Below, one piece after another: positions 16,661-24,695 of a stretch of 31,793 nt of DNA. The stretch spans positions 1 to 31,793 of the forward strand of contig DATMBI010000150.1 of the NCBI GenBank assembly GCA_035559375.1, written 5' to 3'. The first letter of the stretch is position 1; the number at the start of each line of letters is the position of its first letter. A program made the position numbers and the translations under genes. Source of the DNA: Gemmatimonadaceae bacterium. GTDB taxonomy: Bacteria; Gemmatimonadota; Gemmatimonadetes; Gemmatimonadales; Gemmatimonadaceae. Under the pieces are notes generated by a model. That model had not been told where the DNA came from. It saw nothing but the letters and a program-made list of their open reading frames with translations, and did not search any database.

Positions 16661-18375
16661 GATCCCAGGCTCCTGCCGGCGACGCGTTCTGCCGGGTACA
16701 CGAACTCGGTGCCCTTGAGAACGCCGTCGCAGATCACGTCCAGGCCAAGACTGGCGCCGGGCTTCAAGTCGCTGAGGTGCTTGACTATGACGCGGTAGGG
16801 GGGATTGCCCGGTATGGGCTCCATGAAGGGTAGCGGGATCATGCGACGGAAGAAAAAGTGATATGCGTATCGGCGCGCACGTTGGAGGGTTTCAGCCTCA
16901 AGGCGCGGGAAGTTGGGAAGTCGACCGAGCAAGGCATCGTACTCGTCTACAGAGCTCGCGTCGTACGTCAGTCCTTTGTTCCGAATCCAGGCCTCGCCGG
17001 CGACGATCACTGGTATTCCCATGCTCGTCAGCTCTACCCCCGTCTTCGTGCCATAGATGATCGTGGCTACGCATCGCTCCATGACGGCGTACGTGCTGAC
17101 GTTGCTCTCGGGGTCGATGACGAAGACGTTCGGCGGGAGCGACGGGAACGCCTTCCGAAGCTCAGCGACCAGGGGCTGTCGTGACGGCAAGGTGCCGCGT
17201 ATCTCCGCAGGGTGAACCCGAATCACCAGTTGCAGGTCACTGCGCGCGGCGAAGTACCGAACCGTGTGAAGAACCCAATCCAGCATGCTTGGAAAGGCGT
17301 TCGCTGGGTAATGGAGTTGTGCATCCCACATGACGTTCGTGAGCAGACCAACACACGGTCGCGAGAAATCAACTCCCAGTTTGCGGGCGATCCCATTCAC
17401 ATCCTCCTCAGGCTTGTCATGAAACCAAATCCAATCTTGCGTACCGTACCAGCGACTGCGGAGGTAGCTGAGCAGTTCACGTTCGCGCTCAGGAGACCAC
17501 GGAATGTCTTCCCACAGGTCCGTGGGCTCCGTCATCAGTGCGTGATGATAGGTTTGATGGTGGCTGAAAATGAAACATTGCTTGCGATACGCTGGGTTCC
17601 AGTTGACAACGCGCACGCCTTCGGCACGGCAGGCTTCCGCGACCAGTCCCTGTGGAACGTAGATGCCGTGATGGAACACGGCGACATCGTAGCGATGCGT
17701 CCGTAAGAGCTGTCGAACAGCGAGTGCTGCCAGCACGGCGGCGTGGAGATACCTGCGTAGGATGCTTTCGCCATAGGGTTCCCCCTCGAGCGTAGCACGC
17801 GCGAAGAAACGAAGAGCGCCCGCAAGGGCGTGCTCGCCGACGGCGATGCCGTCGACGCGGAAGTTGGAAACCGTTGAAAGGTCCGCTTCCCGTGTGACGT
17901 CGGCAGCGCGCCGCCGCATGTCCTCTGTGAGATACTGACTGTAGCGGTGCACCGGGAGCGCGAGTTGATCGTAGACACGCAGTGCCGGTTCAAAGCAGTG
18001 GTGACAAAGGTCGGTCCGCGGTCCCGTCGCCGCGAAGTGCCGGAGGGACGGGTACCAGCTCGCGTCGCAATGAAGGCAGGCGGGGAGTGCCCTGTCGCAC
18101 AACAATACATGGGCTTCGGCGCCACGAAGTGTCAGCGCCGCGCCCAAGGCGCTTTCGAGCGAGGTCGCAGCCCAATGACCACCTACGCTCGTGGCGATGA
18201 GAACGCGCGGGCCCCGTTGGCGACGCCCAAGAAGAACTGAGCGATCCTGGCCTAACATGCGGGACCAGTTGGGAAGGGCATCAGTAAGTGCCCGCCGCCG
18301 TCGAACGTACAAGCGGATGAGCCGGTCGAGCCGCGGGTAGCGACGCATATGTTGACGGAGGAGGCTCTTGATCAC
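16657..18375 (-). CDS. Capsule-synthesis (KpsS/KpsC-like) glycosyltransferase; candidate CMP-ulosonate transferase
   Basis: LLTNVMWDAQL, LVIRVHPAE (HP motif), IIYGTKTGVELTSMGIPVIVAG resemble the Capsule_synth signature. SD-like GAGGT lies 6 nt before the GTG. Confidence 0.7.
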   Translation of the reverse strand: MIKSLLRQHMRRYPRLDRLIRLYVRRRRALTDALPNWSRMLGQDRSVLLGRRQRGPRVLIATSVGGHWAATSLESALGAALTLRGAEAHVLLCDRALPACLHCDASWYPSLRHFAATGPRTDLCHHCFEPALRVYDQLALPVHRYSQYLTEDMRRRAADVTREADLSTVSNFRVDGIAVGEHALAGALRFFARATLEGEPYGESILRRYLHAAVLAALAVRQLLRTHRYDVAVFHHGIYVPQGLVAEACRAEGVRVVNWNPAYRKQCFIFSHHQTYHHALMTEPTDLWEDIPWSPERERELLSYLRSRWYGTQDWIWFHDKPEEDVNGIARKLGVDFSRPCVGLLTNVMWDAQLHYPANAFPSMLDWVLHTVRYFAARSDLQLVIRVHPAEIRGTLPSRQPLVAELRKAFPSLPPNVFVIDPESNVSTYAVMERCVATIIYGTKTGVELTSMGIPVIVAGEAWIRNKGLTYDASSVDEYDALLGRLPNFPRLEAETLQRARRYAYHFFFRRMIPLPFMEPIPGNPPYRVIVKHLSDLKPGASLGLDVICDGVLKGTEFVYPAERVAGRSLGS

Positions 18376-18406
18376 GTGGCTACCTCAGGGGCAGACGGGG
18401 AAGATC

Positions 18407-19108
18407 TCATTGAGTCGCTGGTCCGGCGCCAGGAACTCCAAGGCGCGCAAGGAACATTTCGGGATCTGGGAGCCGCGGCGTTGACCACCAGGGCCTGGCA
18501 GCTCGGAGCGCAGGCAAGGCATATGAGCCCGTGGCCACGGCGATCACCCGAGCGCCGATGGCGTTGCCACAGCGGATGTCCGCCGGAGTGTCACCGATAA
18601 CAACTGGGTCTAGTGGCGTGCCATCTCCAAGGAGTGCTCTGGCCATGCGGAGTGCCGCTCTGGCAATTGCGGGTCTACTTGCGCCGTGACTTGAGAAGGC
18701 GCCTCCGGCCTCGAAGTACTCGATCAGCCCGTAGTGGGCGAGCTTGGCGCGTGCACCGTTAGCCGTGTTTCCTGTCAGGAGCATCGAGCGGACGTCCTGT
18801 CGATGGCGGACACTCTCGAGGATGTCTCGCACACCGGGGAGAACACTGCCCACGCGACTCGGGAGGCACTCGGGCAGCAGCGTTTCGTAGCGTGCAACGA
18901 TCTGTTCGAGGGGCGCGCGCCTGTCTGACGGGACACTGTTCATGAGCGCCTCTGCGATCTCGTGGTCAGTGAGCCCGGCTGTCGGAAAGTTTTCGAGCGT
19001 TCGAGTCACGCCGGTACAATCGAGCACGGCCTGCTCCCAGGCTGCGATCCCGGCGCGCGCGGTGGTCAGAAGCGTTCCGTCGATGTCCCAGAACAACACG
19101 GTGACCAC
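18407..19108 (-). CDS. HAD-superfamily hydrolase (phosphatase)
   Basis: Motif I WDIDGTL, motif II LLTGN, motif IV VIGDTPADI. Confidence 0.88.
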   Translation of the reverse strand: MVTVLFWDIDGTLLTTARAGIAAWEQAVLDCTGVTRTLENFPTAGLTDHEIAEALMNSVPSDRRAPLEQIVARYETLLPECLPSRVGSVLPGVRDILESVRHRQDVRSMLLTGNTANGARAKLAHYGLIEYFEAGGAFSSHGASRPAIARAALRMARALLGDGTPLDPVVIGDTPADIRCGNAIGARVIAVATGSYALPALRAARPWWSTPRLPDPEMFLARLGVPGAGPATQ

Positions 19109-19117
19109 AGGTGCCGC

Positions 19118-19546
19118 CTAGGTCCTGGAGCGTCCAGAAAGGTTTTGTTGATAACCGCACTTGCGTCGCGCATTCCGGCGGGTGAAACGCCAGTTAATGC
19201 GAGTCCCGGTCCGGTTGGCTCTGGTATTCCATGCTCGCGTTTCGCGCTGCAGGGATGCCAGATCGCCGATGGGCCGGGTGCCGAGACATTGGCGCGTGAA
19301 CAAGCACAGTTCCAACTCCGCTTGGTTGAGCCACCTCCCGTGCTTCGGTGTGTAGCGCACCTGCAGGCGTCGCCACAGCGCCCGCCCCACCTGACGCCCG
19401 GGATGGTCGACCGGGGACTTCTCACAATGGGTATTGAGATAGTCCATTACGAAATGAATCGTCCGGGCGTCCGGGCAGGCCCACACGACCCGGCGAAGGA
19501 TCCATGCGAAGTGCCCGGCCGAGCGGTCGGAGGTGGGCTCAGCCAC
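19118..19546 (-). pseudogene. IS630 transposase catalytic (DDE_3) region, partial
   Basis: TIHFVMDYLNTH, YTPKHGRWLNQAELE, RQCL, AWN..N.....INWRFT. The first catalytic Asp region is absent, and an in-frame TAG precedes the segment. Confidence 0.88.
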
Positions 19547-20006
19547 GCGCTACCTTTTTCCCCCGCCACGGTTTCAGGTCGTGGGCTTGCAAGAGAATCC
19601 GGATCGTCTCGCGTCCCACCCGGGGGACCAGTTTGCGCTTCACCGCTTCTTGCGCAATCAAGCGCACGGTCCAGCGGGCCCGGCCTCGAGGCGGGGGACT
19701 GCAGACCATGGCGACGATCCGCTGCTTCTCGGCCGGGGCCAACACCTCGGCCGCCCCGGGGCGCGGGCGGTCGTACAACGCCCGCGCCAAGCCGCCGGTG
19801 CGATAGCGATGGGCGATCTTCCGCACGGCCTGGGGCGTCAGCGGCGGCGTCCGCGCCACCTCGGGGGCGCTGGCCCCGCGGTCCAGCTGCAAGAGCGCCA
19901 TGGCCCGGAGCACCACCCGCACCTGCTGCACCCCACCGTGCAGCAGGGCTTCCAACTGCCTCGCGTCCTGCGTCTTCAGTCGGAACGGCAAGGGAGGTCG
20001 TGGCAT
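19539..20006 (-). CDS. IS630 transposase N-terminal HTH part (orfA)
   Basis: LRAMALLQLDRG, LYDRPRPG, VCSPPPRGRARWTVRLIA, VGRETIRILL..HDLKPWR. Ends at a GGGGGAAAAA slippery-type run. Confidence 0.85.
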   Translation of the reverse strand: MPRPPLPFRLKTQDARQLEALLHGGVQQVRVVLRAMALLQLDRGASAPEVARTPPLTPQAVRKIAHRYRTGGLARALYDRPRPGAAEVLAPAEKQRIVAMVCSPPPRGRARWTVRLIAQEAVKRKLVPRVGRETIRILLQAHDLKPWRGKKVARG

Positions 20007-20015
20007 ACCTCTGGT

Positions 20016-20045
20016 AGTATAGGGAACGGCGCACCTGGATGGCAA
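20016..20045 (-). promoter_or_regulatory. Putative sigma70-type promoter inside the IS end
   Basis: TTGCCA (20045-20040), 18 nt spacer, TATACT (20021-20016), 9 nt upstream of the orfA ATG. Confidence 0.55.
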
Positions 20046-20083
20046 CAGGCATTGAGAAATCTTTCAGGCGGTCAGAGATCTAG

Positions 20084-21154
20084 CTAGGGCTCCAAGGACG
20101 CACGACGGCGTCCGACAAAACCACGAAGCTGGCTGCGCGCACCAGCAAGTGCTTCGGCGAACTGTCGATAGTCGGGTCGGCTCCGCAAGTCCTCATTTTC
20201 CAGCGGAGCGATGGCCAAGATCAGGGCCAGCGCAGATATTGCGCCAAAGAAAGCGGCGACGAGAACGTACAGTTTCCGCCGCGGGCCCGCTCGCCGATGT
20301 GGCGGAACGGCGCGGTCGATGATGGTCAGTACTGGTGTGTCTCGAACCTCGGCAATACGGGCGTCCTCATAGGCCTTCGCGAGGCTCGTATACACCTCTT
20401 GCTTCGTCTGCACGATCCGATTCAGGCGTGCGTATTCGAACTCGAGCAGCGGCGATCCCTGAAACTGCCGGTTCGTTTGGAGGAAGCGCTGCACGTCTTG
20501 TTCGGCGGCTTCGAGCTCCACTTCAGCTGTTTCCAGCCGTGACGCAACAAAGCGCGCCTGCTCTCGCGCCTGCGACCGTCGGCGCTCGAGATTAAACTCG
20601 TTCAGTAGTTGAGTGAGATGATTGGCGACGTCCGCCGCCAACCTGGCCGAGCGCTGTCGCACGGTTACGGTGACAATCCCGGTCCTCCCGTCTACCTGGC
20701 TGCTGATCAAGGCGCGAAGTCGTCTAATGCCGTTCGCGACGCGCTCGTTTTCCGATCGGCCCTTCACTCGCAGCAGTTCAAGCAGGGGGCGCCGGGCGTG
20801 CTGGTCGGTGCTTTGGAACTCTGAATTGAGGATCGCGTGCAGAAGTTCGCGACTTTCGAGGACACTCGCAAAAAATTCAGGGCTGACACCGGGCGAGGCA
20901 TTGGCAAGACCCAGTTGTCCCGCGAGCCCCGCGAGGGCTCCGAGACTCGCGGGGAGTCCTTGGGTTGGTTGAGCTTGGGGCGTGAAGGACGTGCTTGCGA
21001 CGTAGGTTGCTGGTACGAAGAGGCTAACGATGGCCCCAACGACCCCGAATGACACTGGGATCGCGAGGGCGAGCCGCCAATGGCGTACGAGCGGTGTGAG
21101 TGCAGCGAAGAACGTCAGTTCGTCGCGACTGGTTCCAGGCGCGGCGTGCATCAT
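20084..21154 (-). CDS. Polysaccharide co-polymerase / chain-length determinant (Wzz/GumC-like, no kinase domain)
   Basis: Two TM helices flanking a coiled coil (Q..F...RL..AE.EL), then VLTIIDRAVPP..RAGPRRKL. Start uncertain (21238, 21205 or 21154). Confidence 0.85.
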   Translation of the reverse strand: MMHAAPGTSRDELTFFAALTPLVRHWRLALAIPVSFGVVGAIVSLFVPATYVASTSFTPQAQPTQGLPASLGALAGLAGQLGLANASPGVSPEFFASVLESRELLHAILNSEFQSTDQHARRPLLELLRVKGRSENERVANGIRRLRALISSQVDGRTGIVTVTVRQRSARLAADVANHLTQLLNEFNLERRRSQAREQARFVASRLETAEVELEAAEQDVQRFLQTNRQFQGSPLLEFEYARLNRIVQTKQEVYTSLAKAYEDARIAEVRDTPVLTIIDRAVPPHRRAGPRRKLYVLVAAFFGAISALALILAIAPLENEDLRSRPDYRQFAEALAGARSQLRGFVGRRRASLEP

Positions 21155-21324
21155 CTCGTCACGGGGCTCAGCCACAGAGCGGGCCTGTCGAACGAGCGTG
21201 TGCATCTTCGATGGCGAGCGCGTCGTAGCGACGAGCACGAATCAATCCCCGACCTGCGCCGGACGCGCCTCCTCGGCCACGCGAAGTGCTGCGATCTGAG
21301 CGTATCGTCAGAACCCTTACTCCA

Positions 21325-21480
21325 TCATGGCAACGTCAGGCGCTCGATTGCCAGGATCATCGTGGTCACGGTCGAAACCACCTGCGCCAACCCACCGAAT
21401 GGGACTGCGAGGTCGATGCGACCGGTATCAAGCCGTTGAGGTACGACGGTCGTGCTCCCCGGCCCCGGGTGATGGTAGGA
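21325..21480 (-). pseudogene. Orphan 3' tail of a second, diverged wza/SLBB gene
   Basis: SYHHPGPGSTTVVPQRLDTGRIDLAVPFGGLAQVVSTVTTMILAIERLTLP* aligns with the last 52 aa of 21708-23960 (35 identities by hand count). Confidence 0.88.
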
Positions 21481-21489
21481 GATCTCGCT

Positions 21490-21662
21490 AGCCGCTGTGC
21501 CCCGACAAACATCTCCGCGTTGAGCGGATTCAGAAACATGACATACGTGTTGCCATCGTCCAGCTTGTCCAGCGCCGTGACCAAGCCGCGGGCGTAACGC
21601 CGGTACCCGGCGCCGCGGGCGAGCTTGGGCACGAGGGAGAAGAGGTCGATTCCAACACGCAT
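21490..21662 (-). pseudogene. 5' stub of a GT4 glycosyltransferase
   Basis: ATG 21662 gives MRVGIDLFSLVPKLARGAGYRRYARGLVTALDKLDDGNTYVMFLNP, a typical GT4 N-terminus, which runs out into the wza-tail sequence after about 57 codons. Confidence 0.75.
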
Positions 21663-21707
21663 GTGTAGGTGGGATGACACCCTGGTGTGTCCGCTTCTGT
21701 GCCACGG

Positions 21708-23960
21708 TCACTGCGCTGCCAAGCGGTCAATCACGAGGATCATCGTGGTTACTGCCGACATCACCTGCGCGATTCCCCCAAACAACACCGCCCAATCAAT
21801 CCCCCGCCCATCTGCGGCTCGTTGAGGGACCACAATTGTGCTGCCCGGTCCAGGGTCAGGGTACGAGCTAAACAAGAGGAACTTGCTCCGCACTCGAGCC
21901 GAGCCGTTTGCATACCGCACGCTGACGCGGCCCTTGTCAGCATCGCTGGCGTAACCTCCGGCATTGGCGATGTAGTAATCAAACGCGCGACCCGCCTCGT
22001 ACCGGACCGTCGTCGGGGAGTTGACAGCCCCGGTCACCCTGACAATCGGGATATACTCGGGGACGTGAAGCGAGTCGCCAGGCTGAAGGATGAGATCGTC
22101 ATCGCTGCCGGGTTCGCTCAACACGCGCTCCAGTTCCACATTGACCCTGCCGGCATCGTCCAGCCGGCGGATAAACCGAGCGCCCCCCGCGTACGCAGTC
22201 GGTAATAACCCCCCGGCGCGCTTCACCAGGTCGCTCAGGCGCTCATCCTTCCGCTCCAGCGCGTATGGTCCGGGGAAGGGAACCTCCCCGGTGATGGTGA
22301 CCGTCCGCTGGAGCTCGAACTCGGGTTGCCCGAATATGGTGACTTGGTCGTAAGGCTCGAGCGGCACTTCAGGCGAACTTCCGGCAGCCGGGAACGAGAC
22401 ACCGGCCGCCCCTTTGTACCTGCCCACGGAGTCGCGCTCGAACAGGTACGACGAGTCGAGGGGGACACGGAACACTCGGGCTAGAGCGCCCTGCGAACGG
22501 TCACTTGGAAGCCGTGCAACCTCCGCTTCTCGCAGGTCAGCGCCGACCAGGGGCCCGCGTGCCACCGTGACCAGATCCCGCAGCGACATGCCTGGCGACC
22601 AGGCGTACTGGCCAGGCTTGCGCACCATCCCACTGACGGTGACGTACAGCGAGCGCTCGGGCGGCAGCACGGAGTCCACCACCACCGAGTCCCCATTCTC
22701 GAGCGTGAGCCCGGGTACGAGTACGGGGAACTCGGCTCGGTGTTCGCCCTCCGCTCGCGGCGCTGAGCTCAGGGGGCCGTCCTGGCGCGGCGCCGCTTTT
22801 CCCTCGGCGAGGGCGAGCGGCACGTCAATGACCGCGCGCGGAGCGGGAGCTGGCTCGCGCGCGGCCGGTGGAAGAATGCGGTGCACCGCGACGCGCGCAA
22901 GTTCCGCGTCGGCCCGGAAGCCCCCCGCCATTCGAACGAGGTCGGCCAATGTCTCGCCCGCGCGGAGCTCGTAGATGGCCGGCCGTGTCACCGCTCCGGT
23001 GACGCTGACGCGGACGCCCCGAATGGGTACGAATACCACGTCGCCCTGCTCCAGCACGACATCGCTCGCCGTGCTGCCGCGCATGAGGTACTCGTAGAGA
23101 TCCAGCGAGGAGAATGCCTTGCCTCCCCGCTCCACACGAACCTCGCGGAAGTTCCCTCGCTCCGTGGGTCCGCCCGCCGCGTACAATGCGTTCAGGACCG
23201 TTGCCACCGAGGCCAGTTGATAGGCCCCCGGCTGCGCGACCTCGCCAACGACGAATACCTGAATCGTGCGCAGCCTCGCGATCGTGATGTCGAAATGCGT
23301 CGTGCCGCGAGGGATGCCGGAGTACACCCGCCCGAGCCGCTGTCGGAGCAAGGCCTTCAGGTCAGCCAGCGTCACGTTGCCCACGTACAGCTGCCCCACC
23401 TGCGGGATGACGATGAACCCTTCGCGCGTCACCTGAAGCTGGTGCACCAGTTCCACTTCTCCCGTAAGCACCAGCACCATTACATCGCCCGGGCCTATGC
23501 GGTATGTGTCCGGCACCGGCCCCGCGAGCAGCGGCTGGAATTGCGTCGTGCGCCCACGGAATACGTCGAGGCCGAACAGTCGCGATGCTGCACGGACCAA
23601 CCCCGGTGGCTGCGCTCCCGTGTCCACCGGAAGCTCCTCCACGCCAGCCGGAACGATCGGCAGCACGCCGAGCAGGTCGAGCGCCTGGAGGACGCCACCG
23701 GTGACCTGCGCTCCGGCCGTGTCCGTTTCCGACAGAAACGGATCAAGCATTGATTCCGCGAGGCCAGCCGCCCGGAGCTGTTGTCTGACCTGGTCCGGCG
23801 TGAGACCGGACTGCCGTATGCGCTGCCGCACGAGGTCCGGCCGGCTCTGAAGCAGCTGCAGGGCTTCCGCTCTCGTCATGCCCGCGGGCAGGGACACCTG
23901 TTGCGCGCTCAACGGCAGCCCAAGCGCGGTGACCAGCAGGAAGCAGGCGACGAATCTCAC
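21708..23960 (-). CDS. Polysaccharide export protein with multiple SLBB domains (Wza/KpsD-like)
   Basis: LFGLDVF, YRIGPGD, GFIVIPQVGQL, VFVVGEVAQPGAY, LYAAGGP, repeated V.V.G.V..PG.Y SLBB units. The signal peptide MRFVACFLLVTALGLPLSA-QQ and the promoter position support GTG 23960 over the ORF-track start at 24080. Confidence 0.9.
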   Translation of the reverse strand: MRFVACFLLVTALGLPLSAQQVSLPAGMTRAEALQLLQSRPDLVRQRIRQSGLTPDQVRQQLRAAGLAESMLDPFLSETDTAGAQVTGGVLQALDLLGVLPIVPAGVEELPVDTGAQPPGLVRAASRLFGLDVFRGRTTQFQPLLAGPVPDTYRIGPGDVMVLVLTGEVELVHQLQVTREGFIVIPQVGQLYVGNVTLADLKALLRQRLGRVYSGIPRGTTHFDITIARLRTIQVFVVGEVAQPGAYQLASVATVLNALYAAGGPTERGNFREVRVERGGKAFSSLDLYEYLMRGSTASDVVLEQGDVVFVPIRGVRVSVTGAVTRPAIYELRAGETLADLVRMAGGFRADAELARVAVHRILPPAAREPAPAPRAVIDVPLALAEGKAAPRQDGPLSSAPRAEGEHRAEFPVLVPGLTLENGDSVVVDSVLPPERSLYVTVSGMVRKPGQYAWSPGMSLRDLVTVARGPLVGADLREAEVARLPSDRSQGALARVFRVPLDSSYLFERDSVGRYKGAAGVSFPAAGSSPEVPLEPYDQVTIFGQPEFELQRTVTITGEVPFPGPYALERKDERLSDLVKRAGGLLPTAYAGGARFIRRLDDAGRVNVELERVLSEPGSDDDLILQPGDSLHVPEYIPIVRVTGAVNSPTTVRYEAGRAFDYYIANAGGYASDADKGRVSVRYANGSARVRSKFLLFSSYPDPGPGSTIVVPQRAADGRGIDWAVLFGGIAQVMSAVTTMILVIDRLAAQ

Positions 23961-23989
23961 CGAATGAATAATCCCACTTGGAATGAGTA

Positions 23990-24017
23990 AATGTACTTTG
24001 CGTTGTAAAGTCGTCAA
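23990..24017 (-). promoter_or_regulatory. Putative sigma70 promoter of the export/biosynthesis operon
   Basis: TTGACG (24017-24012), 16 nt spacer, TACATT (23995-23990), in an AT-rich patch 30 nt upstream of GTG 23960. Confidence 0.55.
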
Positions 24018-24097
24018 CATTGCCAAGCTTTTGGCGGGCATACGTCCCGTGGCGGGGCTGCCCGCGCGCGGAAACGTCACGAGTGACTACTGGTGGG

Positions 24098-24580
24098 TCA
24101 AGGGGCTGAGTCGGTCAGACGCTCCGCAAGCCACGAGCCGGCTGACCCTGCCGCCGAGGCCGCTCCCTGGTTCAACGTCGTGCACAGGGTTGTGCCCGTT
24201 AGGCGAGTCGGTCGCGCACCGGTGATTACGCCACGGTAGTCGCACTCGCTGATCCGGAACTCGATGGACGATTTGCCCACGCGGCCCCTCGGAATGGAAC
24301 CGGACTCCGAACGCGTGCTTGGCCGGCTGAGCTGGCCGGAGCAGCTCGTGGTACGTATGAAGCTACCCACGAACGTCTCGAAGTCCTGAACGAGGCTGAG
24401 GGTACCGAGTGTGTTGCAGGTCACCCGGCCCTGATCGAGCGTCGTGGTCTCGCTGTAGGTCCACGAGCCATCAACGTCCGGCAGATCGTCCGGCTCGATG
24501 CCACCGCCGCACGCTCCCCCTCCGAATACCAAAGCGACGGCAAACACTACGTTGGGTGATTTTCGCAATCTGGCCGACAT
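24098..24580 (-). CDS. Hypothetical lipoprotein (~160 aa)
   Basis: AAGGAGG SD 8 nt before ATG 24580; basic N-terminus, hydrophobic stretch and lipobox-like FGGGA-C, followed by a beta-rich body with Cys residues. Confidence 0.7.
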   Translation of the reverse strand: MSARLRKSPNVVFAVALVFGGGACGGGIEPDDLPDVDGSWTYSETTTLDQGRVTCNTLGTLSLVQDFETFVGSFIRTTSCSGQLSRPSTRSESGSIPRGRVGKSSIEFRISECDYRGVITGARPTRLTGTTLCTTLNQGAASAAGSAGSWLAERLTDSAP

Positions 24581-24695
24581 GCCCCGAGCCTCCTTCCCAA
24601 CGCACGCCTTGCCGCGGCGGAGGGAGACCGAGCCTGGGTGCACCCTAACGCTCACGCCTCGTCCGGAAAGCCGCAAGGGGTCGCGTCCCTGGAGC

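Larger units (their letters stand above)
19119..20082 (-). mobile_element. IS630-family element, internally deleted and decayed (960 bp between duplicated TA)
   Basis: TA at 19119-19120 and 20081-20082. Imperfect terminal inverted repeats TAGGTCCTGGAGCGTCCAGAAAGGTTT and TAGATCTCTGACCGCCTGAAAGATTT. The reconstructed empty site is CTAG. Contains HTH orfA and a DDE orfB remnant. Confidence 0.88.
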
